A stretch of 64,000 nt of DNA from a virus (Duplodnaviria; Caudoviricetes), in the IMG/VR virus record IMGVR_UViG_3300028914_000071, positions 1 to 64,000 of that record, one strand, 5' to 3'. Shown piece after piece: positions 59,744 to 64,000 of the stretch. A program made the translations under genes and the position numbers. Below the pieces are notes generated by a model. It worked only from the letters and a program-made list of their open reading frames with translations, did not search any database and had not been told where the DNA came from. Position 1 is the stretch's first letter; each line of letters starts with the position of its first letter.

Positions 59744-60483
59744 TGGCACTTGTAAAATTTGACAGAGGCCTCTTCCGTAATGGTAAGAAAGCTTCAGGTA
59801 ACAACTACGGTCAGATTGAACCAAACCAGGTATGGTTCACTAGAGCCGGCATGGTAGAAGCACAGTGTGCTCTCGACCCTAATTTTTATTCAGACGAAAA
59901 GGTTGGTCCTTACGTAAACGCAGTAGATACAGCTGGTGCTGCTACAGGTAATAAGATTGTAGCACAGAATGGTGCTTGTGTTCTTGTTAACAAGCCAAAC
60001 TCACTTGTTACTGTACCTACAAAGGCTCTTTCAGACCTCGGACTTCCACTCGGTATGATTTATACATCAGAACAGATGTACGATGAAAGAGAAAACAACA
60101 GAAGAAAGTTCTGCTCAACAACAAAGGATTTCCTTCCAAGAGTAGGCTATCTCCAGAGAGGTATGAGAATCACAACTAACACAGTTGCTTGGGACACAAC
60201 AACTTCAATCACAACAACTGACCTTGATAGCAATATCACACTTGACCTTTCAGCTTGCACATCTACAGATGATTCATACTACGTAGTAGCTAACCTTAAG
60301 AGATTCATCGAATCAGGTACAGCAACTCCAGTATATGCAGCAGTTGTTGAAGGTTCAGATGGTGAACTTGTAATTGGTTATGACATCACAGGTAACGACG
60401 CACTCGGCGGCGTAGTAGCACAGCTTGTTGCTGTATACGACAACGCAGACAGAACATGCTCATTCATGTTCGAGATTCTTTAA
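59743..60483 (+). CDS. virion head protein (decoration/minor capsid candidate)
   Basis: Between scaffold and major capsid gene; high-expression codon bias. Confidence 0.6.
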   Translation: MALVKFDRGLFRNGKKASGNNYGQIEPNQVWFTRAGMVEAQCALDPNFYSDEKVGPYVNAVDTAGAATGNKIVAQNGACVLVNKPNSLVTVPTKALSDLGLPLGMIYTSEQMYDERENNRRKFCSTTKDFLPRVGYLQRGMRITTNTVAWDTTTSITTTDLDSNITLDLSACTSTDDSYYVVANLKRFIESGTATPVYAAVVEGSDGELVIGYDITGNDALGGVVAQLVAVYDNADRTCSFMFEIL

Positions 60484-60502
60484 TAAGGAGAGGTGATAAT
60501 TA

Positions 60503-61675
60503 ATGGATAAGAACGCAATCAAAACACTTTATATCCATGCACTTAGAGGTACTTCTCCAGATGTAACAAAGTACAGTGCTACAGATGTAAAGGGCACAAT
60601 CGTAGACGAATTTAATAAGCTCTGCGCAACAAGAAAAGATTATGAAGAAAACAAATACACAATCTTCCAGATTATGCAGGAATCATTCGATGAAGTTCTT
60701 CCTAAGTACGTTGGAGATGCTTTCGGTGTATTTGCTGAATACAAGACAGTAGGACTTAACCAGAAGTACACATTCAAGGTTAAGAGAGGACGTATGCGTG
60801 CAAAGACATTCATTACAGAAGTAGGTCTTTCAGGTGTATACGAAGCCTTCAGACTTGACCACGACTACTTCGAAGTTGGAGGCAAGGCTTTCGGTGGCGC
60901 TGCTTACATTGACTTCGAAAGACTCCGTTCAGGTGATGAAGACATCACAGAACCTTTCAACCTTTTAATGGAAGGTCTTCAGGAAGCTATCAACAGAGAA
61001 ATCGCTAAGGCTCTTATCGCTACAGTTCAGAACTCTGATATGCCAATTGCTAACAAGGTTGCTACAAACGGCTTTGACCCAGCTTCAATGATGAGACTTA
61101 TCACAATTGCTAAGACATATGGCGGCGGTTCAGCAGTAATCCTTGCTACACCAGAATGGGTAGCTGAAATGGGTCCTGATGCAATCGGTATGCCAATCCT
61201 CGCTAACCCAGCTTCAAACGCTGGTTATGCTACACCAGTTTACTCACCAAAGGATATTAACGATATTGCTAATGGTGGTTTCGTAACAACATTCAGAGGT
61301 ACACCAATCGTTCAGCTTCCACAGTCATTCGTTGACGAAAACAACGATATGTACCAGATTCCATCACAGTACGCATTTGTAATGCCAGCTAACATGGGCG
61401 AAAAGATTGTTAAGGTTGTATTCGAAGGCGAAACACAGATTGATGACTTCAAGAACAGAGACCGTTCAATCGAACTTGAAGTTTACAAGAGATTCGGCGT
61501 TGCAATTCTTACAACAAACAACTGGTGTGTATACGAAAACCTCGACCTTGCATCTAACCCATGCATTATCGACGTTAACAACCTCGGCTTCGTTAACCAC
61601 CCACACAAACTTGGCAAGGTTAATGTTGGTCAGGGAACTGATTACGCAGACCCATCAAAGATTAATACACTTTAA
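60503..61675 (+). CDS. major capsid protein
   Basis: 390 aa, head-module position, strong codon bias, followed by a terminator. Confidence 0.75.
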   Translation: MDKNAIKTLYIHALRGTSPDVTKYSATDVKGTIVDEFNKLCATRKDYEENKYTIFQIMQESFDEVLPKYVGDAFGVFAEYKTVGLNQKYTFKVKRGRMRAKTFITEVGLSGVYEAFRLDHDYFEVGGKAFGGAAYIDFERLRSGDEDITEPFNLLMEGLQEAINREIAKALIATVQNSDMPIANKVATNGFDPASMMRLITIAKTYGGGSAVILATPEWVAEMGPDAIGMPILANPASNAGYATPVYSPKDINDIANGGFVTTFRGTPIVQLPQSFVDENNDMYQIPSQYAFVMPANMGEKIVKVVFEGETQIDDFKNRDRSIELEVYKRFGVAILTTNNWCVYENLDLASNPCIIDVNNLGFVNHPHKLGKVNVGQGTDYADPSKINTL

Positions 61676-61701
61676 TCTTAAAAATCGAATACATAGTAAA
61701 G

Positions 61702-61737
61702 AAAAGGTGAGTGAGAGATTTCTCACCACCTTTCTTT
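61702..61737 (+). terminator. intrinsic terminator after capsid gene
   Basis: AAAAGGTGAG..CTCACCACCTTT hairpin plus T tract. Confidence 0.7.
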
Positions 61738-61771
61738 ATATATTTAAAAGGAGTTTAAAGGAGGAATTTAA

Positions 61772-62326
61772 ATGTTACAGAGTACAACAAGAATGGTAAG
61801 ACTTAGAAACACAACAGACAAGACAGTAGTGGTTGTAGACCCTATTAATAATCTTAGAAGGGAATTCCCAAGAAAGAACGTAGTTCAGGAAATTCCATTT
61901 GATATGGTTGCACAGCTTTTATTCCAGACAGGTTTTAGAAATATGATTGAATCTGGTATGCTTTTTATTGACAGTATGGAAGATAAGATAGACCTTGGTC
62001 TTGAAGAACCAGACACAACAATTCCAACAAATATTGTTGTTTTCTCAGATGAAGAAAAGGTTCAGCTTTTAACTACTGCATCAATCCCAGATTTCGTTGA
62101 AAGACTTTCTCATGTTACTTATGAAGAAGCAGCAGAACTTGTAAAATTCGCGGCGAAAAATGATATTTATAATCCGGAAAAATCAGATATTCTTAAAGAA
62201 ATTACAGGCCTTGACACTGTAGCTATGATTGCTAAGAAGAGAGCCTTTGAAGAAGCTGATAAGAGAGCCGCATCAGCAAGAGAGGACAGAGAACCGGAAG
62301 GTGTATTTAAACCAACAAGAAGATAA
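61772..62326 (+). CDS. hypothetical head-module protein
   Basis: SD GGAGG. Confidence 0.8.
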   Translation: MLQSTTRMVRLRNTTDKTVVVVDPINNLRREFPRKNVVQEIPFDMVAQLLFQTGFRNMIESGMLFIDSMEDKIDLGLEEPDTTIPTNIVVFSDEEKVQLLTTASIPDFVERLSHVTYEEAAELVKFAAKNDIYNPEKSDILKEITGLDTVAMIAKKRAFEEADKRAASAREDREPEGVFKPTRR

Positions 62327-62339
62327 TGAGGTGAGATAA

Positions 62340-62816
62340 TTGACAACTTTGATGGATGTTTATGGCGTTTTTCTATCAAAGGTCAACGAAGATGAATGGT
62401 CACATTGTTATTCAAAGGAAGAACTTGAATGGTTCATAAAAGACTGGAGAGCTTTCTTAGATTAGGCTCTCCCTTATTTTAAGTTCCCAAGATGCAAACT
62501 TGATATTGATGAAGCTAATCAGTGCTTTGTTGATGATAGTATAGGAAATGCAGAAATTCAAGTTATCGCAACTTTTATGAAACAGCAATGGCTCAAAAGA
62601 ACCGTTGACAGTTGGGAAAACATTAAGACACAATATGATGAAGCAGACTTCTCACAGGCTAATCTTTTAAAGACATTTATTCAGTTAAAGGATTAGGTTT
62701 GTAAAGAAGCTTTAGACTTAGAGAGAACATACTATCGTTCAGTCAATAAGTCTCCTTTTAAATATAGACAATTAGCGGGAGGCGGCGGAAAGAATGGACG
62801 AAAAATACGTAGATAA
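62340..62816 (+). CDS. putative head-tail connector (158 aa); 2 in-frame TAG; absent from ORF track
   Basis: TTG after GAGGTG; TAG at 62463 and 62694; TAA at 62814. Confidence 0.72.
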
Positions 62817-63060
62817 GTATAAGGAAACCCTTAAGAATCGTTTATACGGTTTACTCTGCGAAAGAGAAAAAGATGGGTCATGGGAAACTTTTCTCGATAA
62901 TATCCTTATAGATTTAAATAACTTTGAAAACAAGAAAAAGAGTTTTGATTACTATGTATTATATTCTAAATTAGCATCTTGCCGCTTTGTTTCGTATAAA
63001 TATTATAGAAAAATAATTTTCGAGTGCATGAATATCATTGATAGGATTGATGTGCTATGA
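62794..63060 (+). CDS. hypothetical virion-module protein
   Basis: Overlapping operon ORF. Confidence 0.75.
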   Translation: MDEKYVDKYKETLKNRLYGLLCEREKDGSWETFLDNILIDLNNFENKKKSFDYYVLYSKLASCRFVSYKYYRKIIFECMNIIDRIDVL

Positions 63061-63797
63061 GTAATTATTTTGAAGATGTTTATTTAAAAAGAATGAATAA
63101 AGATGGCACAAATATACAGGAAAGAGTGAGAACCATGAAAGAACGTGAGTTTGATAAGCTGTTTATTCAGAAAACAAAATATCGCGCCGTAATTTATGGT
63201 ATAAACGATGAAGAGGTAGAAATCCCTTGTTCTGTATAGCCGTCAAAGTGGACACAAGATAAAATAGTTTCTAACATCTTAGTTCCTTTAAAGTTTTCGC
63301 GCCAAAAGACGGGAGATATATTTAAGGTTTACCAAAAAAACAAAGATGTAGAATATAATAAACTATGGTTGGTTGTTTATGTTAGTGATGATATTACACA
63401 CGGCTACCAATCTTATGAAGCTATAGAACTTGATACAACTATTGTCATACCAAATCAGTATGGCGAAACTCTTTATACTATCCCGGCAAAAATAGTTAGT
63501 GAACAATCTGTTTTTGTTTAGGATAAGATAATGTCATACGGAGCAGTATCCTATAGAGAACCACTTGCTCATAGAAAGTTTATGACATAGAATTTTGACT
63601 TCCTTAAGAAAGATATGTATTTTACATATGAAGGAAGAGGATGGAAAATATCTGGTAATGACGATTTAAGTATTAAAAACGTAGCAATTCTTTCATTTGA
63701 AGAAACGCTCGTTTCGCCGCCAGAGCCAAATTCATCGAGAGATATTTTGGTAGGAGAAGAAGACAACTTCTTCTTGAATCACGAGAACAAGAGGTGA
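63057..63797 (+). CDS. putative neck/head-closure protein (246 aa); 3 in-frame TAG
   Basis: Joins ORF-track fragments 63057-63239 and 63615-63797 in one frame. Confidence 0.72.
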
Positions 63798-63802
63798 TTA
63801 AC

Positions 63803-64000
63803 ATGGAAGAATCAAAAGTTAATTATGGTCAAGAGTTTGGCAAGAACTTAATTAAAATAGCTAAAAGCCTACTTAAAAACCAAAATCTTTTAAAACTCTT
63901 AGTTAACACCGATGTTGACCCACTAGGGGCTCAGCATAAAGACATAGAAAATCCTATGAAGGATATATTTGGTAAACAGATACGTGTAGTACCATTAGTC
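63803..64000 (+). CDS. virion-module protein, truncated by window end
   Basis: ATG after GAGGTG; open to the window end. Confidence 0.7.
   Translation, partial: MEESKVNYGQEFGKNLIKIAKSLLKNQNLLKLLVNTDVDPLGAQHKDIENPMKDIFGKQIRVVPLV

Noticed and set aside
52655-63797. Pseudogene or split-gene interpretation of terminase, portal and neighbours
   Set aside because: All interruptions are TAG, in frame and without frameshifts, across many essential genes; recoding is more parsimonious.

Overview
This window is a segment of a large, AT-rich tailed bacteriophage genome. Sigma-A type promoters, strong SD sites and a dockerin-like motif suggest a Firmicutes (Clostridia) host from gut or rumen; that assignment is inference. 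It has four blocks. (1) 1-25.5 kb, + strand: early genes around a 9-kb RNA island. The island has 22 intact tRNAs, a tRNA gene interrupted by a second tRNA-like module, a ~605-nt ROOL/GOLLD-like RNA, five copies of a covarying Y RNA-like motif beside a Ro60/TROVE gene, and several unassigned structured RNAs. An Rnl1-type RNA ligase lies upstream, and the block also encodes a kinase-like protein, a GIY-YIG endonuclease and a Pif1-like helicase. (2) 26.7-49.3 kb, - strand: a cassette-like array of short transcription units (promoter, small genes, terminator). The units are separated by GCCCGGGC-centred palindromic linkers (about 29 copies to 50.45 kb), and 14 units share a covarying 5'-UTR hairpin. 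(3) 50-52.6 kb: iteron-like repeats, an AT-rich tract and long inverted repeats, a candidate origin. (4) 52.6-64 kb, + strand: packaging and head genes that are intact only if TAG is read as an amino acid, most likely Gln (code 15). I count 24 in-frame TAGs in 10 genes, so the supplied ORF track fragments them. No CRISPR array, integrase or CUA suppressor tRNA was seen. All motif calls, folds and counts are by eye; no database search or folding program was run.
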